Origin: a virus
Strand: one strand, 5' to 3'
Length of the DNA stretch: 23,478 nucleotides
IMG/VR virus record: IMGVR_UViG_3300038365_000177
Shown: positions 1-9,331 of the stretch, piece after piece
Position numbering within the stretch: the stretch's first letter is position 1
How the letters are laid out: every line of letters begins with the position of its first letter
Position numbers and translations under genes: made by a program
The notes under the pieces: generated by a model
What the model saw: the letters and a program-made list of their open reading frames with translations, nothing else
The model's database searches: none
What the model was told of the DNA's origin: nothing

Positions 1-1266
1 GTTCCATGCCCAGGAGGTCGGGGAATTCGCCGAAGTATCGGTGAACATGACCTCTAAGGGAGCCTGTCCGATCGTGGACGAGGCGGTGAAAGAGGCTACC
101 GGTGGGATCATCGCGGTCCCTAGCTTGACCGCACCATAATACGGAACGGAGGCTAGGCTCTTGTACGCGACGACGAAATGGGTGGCGTCCAGAGCGGCGA
201 CGGGGTAGTAGCTTGATGACCCACTGTTGGAAACGCTCGGCGCACAGAGGTTGATGCTTGTACCGCTAACGGTGCCGATAAGCGCGTTCCCGGAAGTAGT
301 ATCACCAAAGTAGGTTCCCCCAGTGGAATAGCTCAATATGAAGTGGGTGGCGTCCAGAGCGGCGACGTTCGAGGTCCAAGTAAACGCGGCGTTGTATACT
401 GCCTGAGGTCCGAGGGTGATTGTCGTCCCACTCACCGATCCGACTATGACGGTGCCATGTAAGGAAGGGGAGGCGCTGGTGTACGCAACCACGAAGTGGG
501 TGGCGTCCAGGGCGGCTATGGTCGTCGGGCGGCCCCCTTGTCCGATCACGACCTCCGGACCGTAGGTGATGCTTGTACCGCTCACCGAGCAAGCAATCAC
601 TCTGTGGTCAAGTGAATCCTCGCGGTAAGTTACTACGAAGTGGGTGGCGTCCAGAGCGGCGACGGAGGTATAGTTGGTGGGCGAGGAGTTGATGACTGCC
701 TCCGGACCGTGGGTGATGCTTGTGCCGCTGATGGTGCCGATTAATGCAGTGCCGGAGCCGGCGTTTCCACCATCGCGGTAAGTTACTACGAAGTGGGTGG
801 CGTCCAGGGCGGCGACGGAGATGCCCCCCGTGACCGCAGAATTGAACACATACTTCGAGCCTAGAGTGATGGTCGTACCGCTGACGGTTCCCACTACAGA
901 ATTACCGAAGCCGCTTTGGGTTTCTTGGAACGCGACAACGAAGTGGGTGGCGTCCAGGGCGGCGACGGATAGAAGACTAATCTCAGACGAGTAGAATTTG
1001 ACCGTACTCCCAAATGTCACAGAGCCTTCGTTGACGATGCCAACAACAACCTTGCCACTATGCGAATCGGTTGAATCGCGGTACGCGACGACGAAATGGG
1101 TGGCGTCCAGAGCGGCTATCTGTATGTCCTCCGCTCCATCTTCACTAAACGTTTTCGAGGTTCCGAAGGTAACGGCCTCCGCCGCTGCCGGCTCCGCCAG
1201 GAGGGTCACTCCCGGGATGACCAGGGCGAGGGCGAGGAGGATGGTTATGACCGTCTTTGGAGACAT
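1..1266 (-). CDS. Secreted 7-blade beta-propeller (AALDATHFVV repeats) + PKD-domain surface protein, 3'-truncated by the window edge (absent from ORF track)
   Basis: ATG at 1266 directly after the TAA of the upstream gene, with SD GAGGAGGAGG. Signal peptide MSPKTVITILLALALVIPGVTLLAEPAAA. Seven in-frame AALDATHF repeats, then PPVASFTASSTIGQAPLEVMFTDTSANSPTSWAWN (PKD consensus). Frame is open to position 1. Confidence 0.9.
   Translation of the reverse strand, partial: MSPKTVITILLALALVIPGVTLLAEPAAAEAVTFGTSKTFSEDGAEDIQIAALDATHFVVAYRDSTDSHSGKVVVGIVNEGSVTFGSTVKFYSSEISLLSVAALDATHFVVAFQETQSGFGNSVVGTVSGTTITLGSKYVFNSAVTGGISVAALDATHFVVTYRDGGNAGSGTALIGTISGTSITHGPEAVINSSPTNYTSVAALDATHFVVTYREDSLDHRVIACSVSGTSITYGPEVVIGQGGRPTTIAALDATHFVVAYTSASPSLHGTVIVGSVSGTTITLGPQAVYNAAFTWTSNVAALDATHFILSYSTGGTYFGDTTSGNALIGTVSGTSINLCAPSVSNSGSSSYYPVAALDATHFVVAYKSLASVPYYGAVKLGTAMIPPVASFTASSTIGQAPLEVMFTDTSANSPTSWAWN
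175..1116 (-). repeat. Seven 24-bp coding repeats gaa(g/a)tgggtggcgtccag(a/g)gcggc
   Basis: Copies start at 175, 340, 493, 637, 790, 940 and 1093. Spacings are 165, 153, 144, 153, 150 and 153, all multiples of 3, and all encode AALDATHF in one frame. Confidence 0.95.
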
Positions 1267-4200
1267 TTACCTCCTCCTCATGCCTTTCTTCTTGCTCCCA
1301 GTGGAGTTGATGGCTATAGCGATCACGATGGCTGCAAGAGCCAGCAAGATCAGTATGATCCACATGGAGCTCCCTCCAGAGCCGTCATCGACGACCTTCC
1401 CGCCGCCCGAGCTGCCGCCGGGTTTGGTCGGAGGGACGTATGGATCATCGCCGTCATCGGGGTCCTCGGGAGCGGCGGCCACGGTTATTGTCCAGTTCTG
1501 ATATGTCGATAGCGTACCGGCTGACGATACGGCCTTGAGGGAGACCTCGTAGGTCCCTGCGGCGGTTGGGGTTCCGGAGAGTACCCCGTTCGTCAGCTTG
1601 AGCCAGCTCGGGGCGCTGACCAGGGTGAAGGTAGCGGTCTCATTGGTCATGGCGGTGTAGGAATATGATGCTCCGACCTTCCCGCTCGTGAGGGGACTGT
1701 TGGTGAATGTGGGGCCCCATGTTGGGATACCCGGTGCGGCGCTCACGACAATAGTCCAGTTCTGGTAAGCGGCGAGCCCGCCGGTGGCCGATACGGCCTT
1801 GAGGGAGACCTCGTAGGTCCCTGCGGCGGTCGGGGTGCCGGACAGGACTCCATCGACCAGGGACAGCCATGCCGGACTGGCCTCCAAAGCGAGTGTGGAG
1901 GTCTCGTTGGTGATCGGAGTGTATGAATAGGTCGTACCGACCTTGCCACTCAGGGACGGCGTCGATGTGAATGTGGGGGACCACTGGGGGACGTCTACCG
2001 TTTCGCTGGTTATGCTCAGCATCGATGTGTCGTTCCAGAAGTGACTGACATAGAGGGTGTTGTCTCGTATATCGTAGCCCACACCCATCTCCCGCGCCGA
2101 GGCGAGGTTGGATAGGGTTCCGTCACTCATCCTGTAAGTCTTTGCACCTTCGGTCAGTATGATGTCCCCGAGGCCCCCTGACAACAATGATAAGTCGAAG
2201 GCTACCGTCACTGGAACATTCCAATATCCGCTTGCATATGGGCTCCGGCGCGAGACATCGTAAACGTAGGTCTTTGCGGAAGACAGCGCCTCGTTGTAGG
2301 TAATGTCGGTCGTCCATCGACCATTCACATACGATGCTACCTCTCCATTAGTGGCCTTCCAGTTCTCGTAGGCGAACCCAGTCTTTGGGTTGGTTACCCA
2401 TGACAAGAATGCGGCCCCAGATGATGTGAAGGATCCGTGACAGTACGCACTGACCACTCCGCCCATGCTGGCGATGTTTTCTACCCAGGGCTCCCATCCG
2501 GCAGCGAGGTTATCCAGACAGGGGTTCCTGTTGATATTCATCAACTGGAGCGGTTCGTAAGGGTAAAAAGCGCCCCCATACCATGCTCCCAATGTGTCGA
2601 AGTCCATCGGAGAAAAGATGCTCCCCGTCCGCCCCATCGTTCGGTATCCCTGCTCGTACATGGCGTAAACCATTTGCAGGTTCCCCCAATTGGCGGGGCA
2701 TCCTCTGGTGATGTAGGTGTCCCCCTGGCCGACGTAACTGGGATCGTCCCAAAGGCTGGCGAAATTGAAGGCGTTAGTCAGCGATGACATACCACTGGCG
2801 GCTTCGGATTTCGCCTGTTCCCATAGCAGATAACCCTGAGTTGCGTATGTGTGGGGAGCGTGATTGCCCGCCTCGGATTGAGTGGTCAGAAGGGCGTTGG
2901 TGTAGGCGAAAGTAGACATATATGATGAAACCGGGTGGTCGTATGCCGAGTAGGTCGAGATGGCATTCGATAGGGAGAGATCGTCGACGCCGATCACCGA
3001 TACCCAGTCCCATCCATTCCACCATAACGGCAAGCTGATACCATTGGCAGTCTGGGCCATCGTGGTTATCTGGAAATATCCGTCGAAGGCGTAACCATCC
3101 ACTGCCACTGAATATGACACCTGCTCGGCCCAGTTCACGCTCCTCCCCAGGGATACTTCGTACCGCTGCCGTTCCGGGACATATGCGGCCGCTATTCCCC
3201 CGATCATCACCGTGGCATCGGCGATGGGATTATTGTCCAGTCCCCTGAGGTAGAGATATGCAGGAGAATCCTCCATAATGTACTCGTAGATCGGGTTGAC
3301 GATGGCGTATCGATCCCCAATACTGCCGATCCGGAGGTTGTCGATACACCACATGTTGAAGGTGTTGTATTCCCCCGTTTTGTCGATGGCTACATCCACA
3401 GTATATGTCATTGCAGGGTCGGAAATGGGGGTCGAGACCGCAACGGTCTCCGTGGCAAGCAGAGACACCACACCATCGATCGAATGATGGATGCTTACGA
3501 CCACGGAGGTCTCGCCGCTGTACTCATAGCTGACTATGTAGTAGTCCACCTTGTTACCGTACATCCCTTCCTGATTTTCCACAGCATATGGGGTTGGGTC
3601 GTGACGGTTGGCGTGGCCTGGTAGGACATCGTCGACTACAGTCCACCACGTCGAGTTCGCAGCAGAGTAGATCTTGATGTTCTCATATCCAAGGCTTGGT
3701 TCTCCTACATAGAGGGAGACGCCAGCCACCTCAACGCCATTGTCGATCAGGCGGACGATCATGCCGTATTTCGATGATGGGATGCCGTTGGCCTGGTGTA
3801 TGGACTCATCCTTTGACGGATACAGTTCCGAGGACATGACCCACGAGCTGCCTGGAATTGTGGGAGTGTAGGTCATGACCTTAGCATTGGATAGGTCAGT
3901 CCTCACGAAGCTGATGAGCTGGCCTCCGAGGGCGATCACTTCCTCATCAGCGGACGGGTTATGCAATACCAACGTTCCAGTATCTAGGGTGATGGTGTTT
4001 GGGTCATGGGTCCCGTTCGCTAACCTGTCAAAGGTCTCGATCCCGCCGGATCCTGGTTCTAGGACGGTCAGCGTATAGTTCTGATATTCAGAGGAGTCAT
4101 CATCGTAGGCCCGCAGGCTCACGCTGAACGAGCCCGTAGAAGATGGCGACCCAGATAGGTTGCAGGTCGCACCCCCTACCTCCCAATCAGCGGTCAGCCA

Positions 4201-5733
4201 CGTGGCGTCGGTTGTGAGCTCCCATCTGATCTGACCGGCGTCGGCGGCTGTGGCCGTGGCGGCGTAGTAATAGTTGGACCCAGTGTAGGTCTTTTCAATA
4301 GGTTCGCTCGTGATGGAGGGTGAATCGGCGGGCTGCCCGTATGTCACACGCACATAGGGGAGGTTGGCAGAGTCGAGGCCGTTGAACTTGGTGGTATGCC
4401 AATATGACTCGGTGGGCTTCACTTGGTCTATGTCCTCATCATAACGAATGGTGAAGGGGATGTATTCTCCCGGACAGCTCTGCAAGTATGCGATACCGGC
4501 GGCGTTGAATTCGATGTTGATGTAAGTGTTAGGTTTGACAAACGAATTTCCGCCAGTGATCGTATAAACATCGACGCTCCCAAGGTCTCCGGTCCAGAGG
4601 GCCTGATTATAGTTCGCATCTGAGTTTGGATAGGTCACGGCAGTAGAATCGACCGCTCCCTGAATGACCAGGAGCTTATGGAGGTCGGCATAGCCTGAGT
4701 TGATCTCAGTACAATACAAGTTCACCGAGGCGCTCATGATGCTGCTCGTTGGTATCGAGGAACGAGGGAGCCAGAAGGTTGGTCTGGCGATGAAGTAGCC
4801 GCCATATGTTGAGCTGTAGCTGTGGCCTACGTTGTTGTCCGTGATCAGACTTCCAGTGGTATTGTACCATGAGTTCGGGTCTCCAGTGTTATAGTTCGCA
4901 TAGGACCGCTCATAGGTGTCGAGATCTGATGGCGTCACATCCTTGGTGGTGGTTACAGGCGGCACATCGCCCCCACCAGTTCCATCTATGTACGTCTCAG
5001 AATAATTGTCAACCTTGGCAATAATCTGGTGGGAACCAGAGGATCCGGTGTTGAGATTCTGAAAATTGGTCCAACCTACACTCAGGGGCGTCCCTGAGAG
5101 TATGGACTGCCTATTGATGCTAGGGGAGGCCCACGAGCCCGAGTCCGTCCACAGCCGCTGGTCGATGATCCATTGACCGTTGGAGTAATGTCGATGGAAG
5201 TTTACATGGTAGGTCGTCCCCTTGACCGGCGTAATTTGGTTTGCCCCAGTGGAGGAGCTTGCAGCCTCGTACATCTGGAGGGACAGAACAGGACCGTTCG
5301 AGTCTTGGTAGAAATTTAGCTGGGTCGATTCATATCCGGCCACAGTCCCCGACCACGCCGTCGATTCGGTCAGGGTCTTGGTGGCAACATTCCAGTAGTA
5401 AGCGACTCCAACGTCCACTCCCCAGCTCACCAGCAGGACGGAGAACGAGATATTGTACTCCCCCGTAGTGGTCTGAGACCATTGATGGGTCACAAAGTTG
5501 TTGTAATTACGCCATGCATCTATGTTGAGAGTTCCGTCGGAGATCGTGGTTCCGGCCGGATAGTTAATAGTCCATCCGTCAGAGGTGGAGAAATCTGAAG
5601 ACCACGAGGCCGCTGAGGCGTTCTCGCTCGTGGCCAGGAACGCCATTCCGGAGAAGAACATCGACAGTACCATCGCCACGGACATCAGCTTCCGCCCGGG
5701 CGAGGGGTTGTTTACACTACCTCCCGTGCTCAC
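1267..5733 (-). CDS. 1488-aa multidomain surface adhesin: signal peptide, lectin-like domains, DNRLRE/CBM96-like domain, He_PIG Ig-like domains, CE4/polysaccharide-deacetylase-like domain, C-terminal TM + basic tail
   Basis: Signal MSVAMVLSMFFSGMAFLATSENASA. DNRLRE-like segment ARPTFWLPRSSIPTSSIMSASVNLY...PYVRVTY. LSGSPSSTGSFSVSL and two LSGTPTAAGTYEVSLKAVS Ig repeats. IGVDD/GNHAPH/AYCHG motifs. Tail WIILILLALAAIVIAIAINSTGSKKKGMRRR. Confidence 0.85.
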   Translation of the reverse strand: MSTGGSVNNPSPGRKLMSVAMVLSMFFSGMAFLATSENASAASWSSDFSTSDGWTINYPAGTTISDGTLNIDAWRNYNNFVTHQWSQTTTGEYNISFSVLLVSWGVDVGVAYYWNVATKTLTESTAWSGTVAGYESTQLNFYQDSNGPVLSLQMYEAASSSTGANQITPVKGTTYHVNFHRHYSNGQWIIDQRLWTDSGSWASPSINRQSILSGTPLSVGWTNFQNLNTGSSGSHQIIAKVDNYSETYIDGTGGGDVPPVTTTKDVTPSDLDTYERSYANYNTGDPNSWYNTTGSLITDNNVGHSYSSTYGGYFIARPTFWLPRSSIPTSSIMSASVNLYCTEINSGYADLHKLLVIQGAVDSTAVTYPNSDANYNQALWTGDLGSVDVYTITGGNSFVKPNTYINIEFNAAGIAYLQSCPGEYIPFTIRYDEDIDQVKPTESYWHTTKFNGLDSANLPYVRVTYGQPADSPSITSEPIEKTYTGSNYYYAATATAADAGQIRWELTTDATWLTADWEVGGATCNLSGSPSSTGSFSVSLRAYDDDSSEYQNYTLTVLEPGSGGIETFDRLANGTHDPNTITLDTGTLVLHNPSADEEVIALGGQLISFVRTDLSNAKVMTYTPTIPGSSWVMSSELYPSKDESIHQANGIPSSKYGMIVRLIDNGVEVAGVSLYVGEPSLGYENIKIYSAANSTWWTVVDDVLPGHANRHDPTPYAVENQEGMYGNKVDYYIVSYEYSGETSVVVSIHHSIDGVVSLLATETVAVSTPISDPAMTYTVDVAIDKTGEYNTFNMWCIDNLRIGSIGDRYAIVNPIYEYIMEDSPAYLYLRGLDNNPIADATVMIGGIAAAYVPERQRYEVSLGRSVNWAEQVSYSVAVDGYAFDGYFQITTMAQTANGISLPLWWNGWDWVSVIGVDDLSLSNAISTYSAYDHPVSSYMSTFAYTNALLTTQSEAGNHAPHTYATQGYLLWEQAKSEAASGMSSLTNAFNFASLWDDPSYVGQGDTYITRGCPANWGNLQMVYAMYEQGYRTMGRTGSIFSPMDFDTLGAWYGGAFYPYEPLQLMNINRNPCLDNLAAGWEPWVENIASMGGVVSAYCHGSFTSSGAAFLSWVTNPKTGFAYENWKATNGEVASYVNGRWTTDITYNEALSSAKTYVYDVSRRSPYASGYWNVPVTVAFDLSLLSGGLGDIILTEGAKTYRMSDGTLSNLASAREMGVGYDIRDNTLYVSHFWNDTSMLSITSETVDVPQWSPTFTSTPSLSGKVGTTYSYTPITNETSTLALEASPAWLSLVDGVLSGTPTAAGTYEVSLKAVSATGGLAAYQNWTIVVSAAPGIPTWGPTFTNSPLTSGKVGASYSYTAMTNETATFTLVSAPSWLKLTNGVLSGTPTAAGTYEVSLKAVSSAGTLSTYQNWTITVAAAPEDPDDGDDPYVPPTKPGGSSGGGKVVDDGSGGSSMWIILILLALAAIVIAIAINSTGSKKKGMRRR
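1525..1830 (-). repeat. 42-bp identical repeat within the tandem He_PIG-like domain duplication (264-nt period)
   Basis: cgatacggccttgagggagacctcgtaggtccctgcggcggt at 1525-1566 and 1789-1830. Confidence 0.95.
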
Positions 5734-5734
5734 C

Positions 5735-7252
5735 TTACCGCCTCCTTCTGCCTGACTTCTTGTTGATACCCTGGCTCATAACTACGGCAACGATCGCGAT
5801 GCCGAGAACAAGAAGGACGGCCACGATCCACAGTGCCCTTGAGGGCTCGTCATCGGCGACCACGGAGCTCCCGCCCGTCTTAGGCGGCTTGGTCGAGTTA
5901 GTGGGGGTGGGGTCCTCGTCGTCTACGGGATCGACGGGGGGCGCGGCTGCCAGGGACGGGACGGTACAGATGGCCCCGACCGGACATATGTCATTATACG
6001 TCGGCACCCCGATAATGGCGAACCTAGAGGGCTCCAGTGGCTGCACGATCACAGGTATGCTGTGGGGGTACTCGATCAGGTCGCCGAGCGTGATCTCATC
6101 GCCGTTGACGGTGGCGAGAGCGGCGTATGCGGTGTTCAGGGAGTAGGCGTAGCCGGTCCAGGCGAAGTGAGTGGCGTCGAGGGCGATCGGGCCGCCCATC
6201 TCAGCCTCGAAGGGCATGATGACCGGGTCCCCGATCGTGATGGAGATGCCGTCGATGGTGCCCATCTTGAGCATGGTCTTGCCATCGGACTCCACGGAGC
6301 ATATGGCGAAGTGAGTGGCGTCGAGGGCGGTGATCTTCGGATTCTGGGCATAATATACGTCCTGGGTGACCATGAACGTGGTCGGCGTGCCGTAGGTGAT
6401 GATATCGCCGTTGATGGTGGCCACCATAGCGGTGCCGCCGTTGGGCGCGTTCGCGGTGGTGGCGGTGTACCAGATCAGGAAGCTGTCGCTGTCTAGGGCA
6501 GCGATGTTGGCGTCGGCCTTGATGCTGTTATACTGGTTGGCATCGCCGAGCGTGATCTCATCGCCGTTGACGGTGCAGATGACAGAGTTCAGGGTCCTCG
6601 GTTCGCCAGACCCAGTATCCTCGGCATAGGTCAGAACGAACCGGCCATCATCCAGGACGGCTATGCGGGTGTCGTCCGATGTTATGACGATCGGCAGTTC
6701 CCGCGTGTTCGCGGCACCAGCGTTGAACTGGTTCTGCCCATCGATGGTCAGGATGTGGAGGGTGAGTAGTGCATTCTGCCCACTGTATCCAACCTTGTAT
6801 CCCAAGAACACGGCGTGGGACGGGTCCAGGAGGGCCATGCGTATGCCGTCGAAGTTACTAGAGAACAGGGGCTGTGTCTCTCCCAGGATGGCGGTGTCTC
6901 CGTTGGTGGTGATGGCGAAGCCGTACACCCAGTCAGGATGGGTTGAGTGATTGCTAAGGGTTTCGGCGACGCCAAGCACTCTGGACGGGTCCGCGGAATC
7001 CACATCGATCGATGAGGATATGACATCATGGGAGCCCAGGCCAGTGTAGGTGATGGGGTCACCGACCAGTATATCTGCCTCGGTTGCTGCGAGTGCCTGC
7101 TGGCTGGCCGGGCCGACCAGCATAGCAAGAGTGATCATCATGGCAATTGCCATGATGGAGAGTGCTGGACAGAGCACCCGGCGTTTTCTGTCAGTTCTTG
7201 CGCTGGACGGCCTTTCGGCCCCCCGATCCCGTCGTATCCATTTTCCAAACAT
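5735..7252 (-). CDS. Membrane-anchored beta-propeller protein (ALDATHF-type blades), paralog of the 1..1266 gene
   Basis: ATG at 7252 overlaps the upstream TGA, with SD GGAGG. Signal-like hydrophobic segment. About 7 blades (ADPSRV, LLDPSHA, VLDDGRF, ALDSDSF, ALDATHF x2, PLEPSRF). Pro/Asp linker, TM and KKSGRRRR tail. Confidence 0.8.
   Translation of the reverse strand: MFGKWIRRDRGAERPSSARTDRKRRVLCPALSIMAIAMMITLAMLVGPASQQALAATEADILVGDPITYTGLGSHDVISSSIDVDSADPSRVLGVAETLSNHSTHPDWVYGFAITTNGDTAILGETQPLFSSNFDGIRMALLDPSHAVFLGYKVGYSGQNALLTLHILTIDGQNQFNAGAANTRELPIVITSDDTRIAVLDDGRFVLTYAEDTGSGEPRTLNSVICTVNGDEITLGDANQYNSIKADANIAALDSDSFLIWYTATTANAPNGGTAMVATINGDIITYGTPTTFMVTQDVYYAQNPKITALDATHFAICSVESDGKTMLKMGTIDGISITIGDPVIMPFEAEMGGPIALDATHFAWTGYAYSLNTAYAALATVNGDEITLGDLIEYPHSIPVIVQPLEPSRFAIIGVPTYNDICPVGAICTVPSLAAAPPVDPVDDEDPTPTNSTKPPKTGGSSVVADDEPSRALWIVAVLLVLGIAIVAVVMSQGINKKSGRRRR
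6081..6575 (-). repeat. Internal exact coding repeats (33 bp and 25 bp)
   Basis: tcgccgagcgtgatctcatcgccgttgacggtg at 6081-6113 and 6543-6575 (TVNGDEITLGD). ggcgaagtgagtggcgtcgagggcg at 6161-6185 and 6305-6329 (ALDATHFA). Confidence 0.9.
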
Positions 7253-9285
7253 CACGTTCTCCTCCTTCCAGCCTTCTTGCGCCCAGAGAACATGACCAGA
7301 ACGAGCGCGATGATGACGATGATGGCCGCGACGACCACGACCACAACGATGCTCTTCACGAGCTCATCGCCGAAGAACGCGCTCATGGTCAGCGGGGATC
7401 CGTCAGCGGGCTTGCCCCCGGCCAGGAAGTCAGCCCACATGTTGTCTATGACCTGCCTGGAGTTTGCCAGCTCCGACGTGATGTTGGTGATGGCCTGATT
7501 GGCCTTGGCCTGCTGGTCGGCGAAGAACCGCTGGGTCTCCATCAGGTTGTCGCTCATGTCCGAGAACATCTGCGCGAACATCGCGTTGGTGTTCTCCATC
7601 TGGGTCTGTGACCAGGACATGAACTCCTTGTTCATCTCGGCGATCGAGGTGATCGAGTCGGTGACGGAGGCTGTGATATTGTTGACCGTCCCGGTGGCCC
7701 AGGTGTAGGCGGCGGTCATGCTGCTTCCGACCAGGCCGATGAACTTCTCGGTCGTGGCGTTCAGCACGGCCCACCATCTGGCCGTCTCCTCGGTGAAGCG
7801 GTCGGCGACCTGATTGTATGTCTGATTGAGCCCGTCCTGGATGTCCTTCCAGGTGGGAACGTATTCCCGGAACTTGTCTAGGTTGAGCGGGTCGTCCAGG
7901 AAGCCGAATGCCTGCTCGCAGGCCCAACGGACGCCCAGCTCGGCGGCCTTGGCCCCTCCGGCGATCGTCCCGCCGACGTCTGCGAGCATGTCCCCTATCA
8001 GATCGAGCTCGGCGGCCGGAAGGAAGGTCATGGTCATGGTCGACCGGGCGCTGTCGACGCTCATAACGGAGAGTTGCGTCGTCGACCCGCCGTCTTTGGT
8101 CTCCCCAGCGTTGGTGGCGGCATATGCATTACGGAGGCTCTCCCAGAGCCTCGTGTACTGCGTCTCGACGATCTCCTCATCGACCTCAGTGGATAGCTGG
8201 AGATAGTCGACGTAGTAATCGACGAGGAATACGTTGCTGGCCTGGAGGCCGAGGCCTCCGGCGATGGATGACCTCAGAGATGATTCGAGATCTCCCCGGA
8301 AGTCGGTCCAGCCCTTGGCTACTAGGATGCCTTCGATGCGCTGGTTTGGCTCGGGCATCGCTCCGAAGAGGTCAATGAGCTCTTCCTTAGTGTAGCGGTC
8401 CTTGGTCAGGTCGAGAGCGGGGATGCCGTTGGCGGCCTGCACGACCTCGGAGCCGGATCGGGCGAGGTCGAGGGATTGGCGGTCGAGCCGGATGCCAGCC
8501 TGGGTGCGGTAGGCGTCGGAGGTCATGGCGTCGACCGCCTTGATGCTGTCAGAGGATGAGGTCAGGGGGGCGGTGTCGGTAACGTAGAGGTAGTCGAACG
8601 TGGCGCTGCCAGCGGCACCCTCGATGCCGAAGTGGACCTCATTGATCTCGCCGGCGTTCAGGACGGCGCTGTTGGCGTAGTAGTTGGCCAGCAGCGTCCC
8701 GTCGGCGGCGTGGACGTAGTAAGTGAGGGTCGTGGCAGTCAGCTCAATCGCAACGCGGTAGTAGGTGTTGGCGGCGATCGGCGCGTAGATGTTGCCGGTG
8801 GCGACATTGGACGCCGTGGTGTACTGGTAGGTCATCGACCCGGAGGCAATGGTCACTCCGGCGATGTTGCCAGTGGCGACGTTCTCCACGGTGAACGAGG
8901 TATTCTGGGTCGAAACATTGGACGCCTTGAGCCGGGTCTCGATGAAGCACCGGCCATCGGGGTTGATGCCTGGAGCATCAGACCCGGACAGGGTCAGCTC
9001 GACCGGAGTGGCCGAGGGGGCCGAGACGGAGAGGGCGGAGTTGCTAACGGACACGCTGGGAGCGCCGACCGAGACCTTCCAGCGGCCAAGGCCGTCGAAG
9101 CGTTGCAGGTATGACGGCTCGTCGGTGACATACGTCACGTCGCGGAAGTGCGGGGCGGCCTTGATCTCGAACGGGTCGATCTCCTCGGCGCTGGCCCCCA
9201 GGGTGATGCACCCTGAGCCTAGGATGGCAACGGAGAGGAACGCGAAGATGAGAGTGATGGCGGTAAACCTGGTGGTGAGTTGCAT
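7252..9285 (-). CDS. 677-aa type I membrane glycoprotein, spike-like (lectin-like head, long amphipathic helical stalk, C-terminal TM)
   Basis: SD AGGAGG 6 nt before ATG 9285 (track start 9351 is probably too long). Signal peptide. Beta-rich N-half and helical C-half with sequons NQT, NAT, NIT, NIT. SPLTM motif, TM and RKKAGRRR tail. Confidence 0.7.
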   Translation of the reverse strand: MQLTTRFTAITLIFAFLSVAILGSGCITLGASAEEIDPFEIKAAPHFRDVTYVTDEPSYLQRFDGLGRWKVSVGAPSVSVSNSALSVSAPSATPVELTLSGSDAPGINPDGRCFIETRLKASNVSTQNTSFTVENVATGNIAGVTIASGSMTYQYTTASNVATGNIYAPIAANTYYRVAIELTATTLTYYVHAADGTLLANYYANSAVLNAGEINEVHFGIEGAAGSATFDYLYVTDTAPLTSSSDSIKAVDAMTSDAYRTQAGIRLDRQSLDLARSGSEVVQAANGIPALDLTKDRYTKEELIDLFGAMPEPNQRIEGILVAKGWTDFRGDLESSLRSSIAGGLGLQASNVFLVDYYVDYLQLSTEVDEEIVETQYTRLWESLRNAYAATNAGETKDGGSTTQLSVMSVDSARSTMTMTFLPAAELDLIGDMLADVGGTIAGGAKAAELGVRWACEQAFGFLDDPLNLDKFREYVPTWKDIQDGLNQTYNQVADRFTEETARWWAVLNATTEKFIGLVGSSMTAAYTWATGTVNNITASVTDSITSIAEMNKEFMSWSQTQMENTNAMFAQMFSDMSDNLMETQRFFADQQAKANQAITNITSELANSRQVIDNMWADFLAGGKPADGSPLTMSAFFGDELVKSIVVVVVVAAIIVIIALVLVMFSGRKKAGRRRT

Positions 9286-9300
9286 GGGGGTCCTCCTGAG

Positions 9301-9321
9301 ATTCAAATAAAGAAATAAAAA
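9301..9321 (-). terminator. U-rich tract between the two spike-like paralogs (possible partial terminator or internal promoter)
   Basis: Minus strand reads TTTTTATTTCTTTATTTGAAT just after the stop at 9332, in otherwise GC-rich DNA. Confidence 0.45.
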
Positions 9322-9331
9322 GGGTTTGAGC

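Noticed and set aside
175-1116. CRISPR-like array of 24-bp repeats
   Set aside because: Spacers are 120-141 nt, all periods are multiples of 3, the repeats encode AALDATHF in one open frame, and no cas genes are present.
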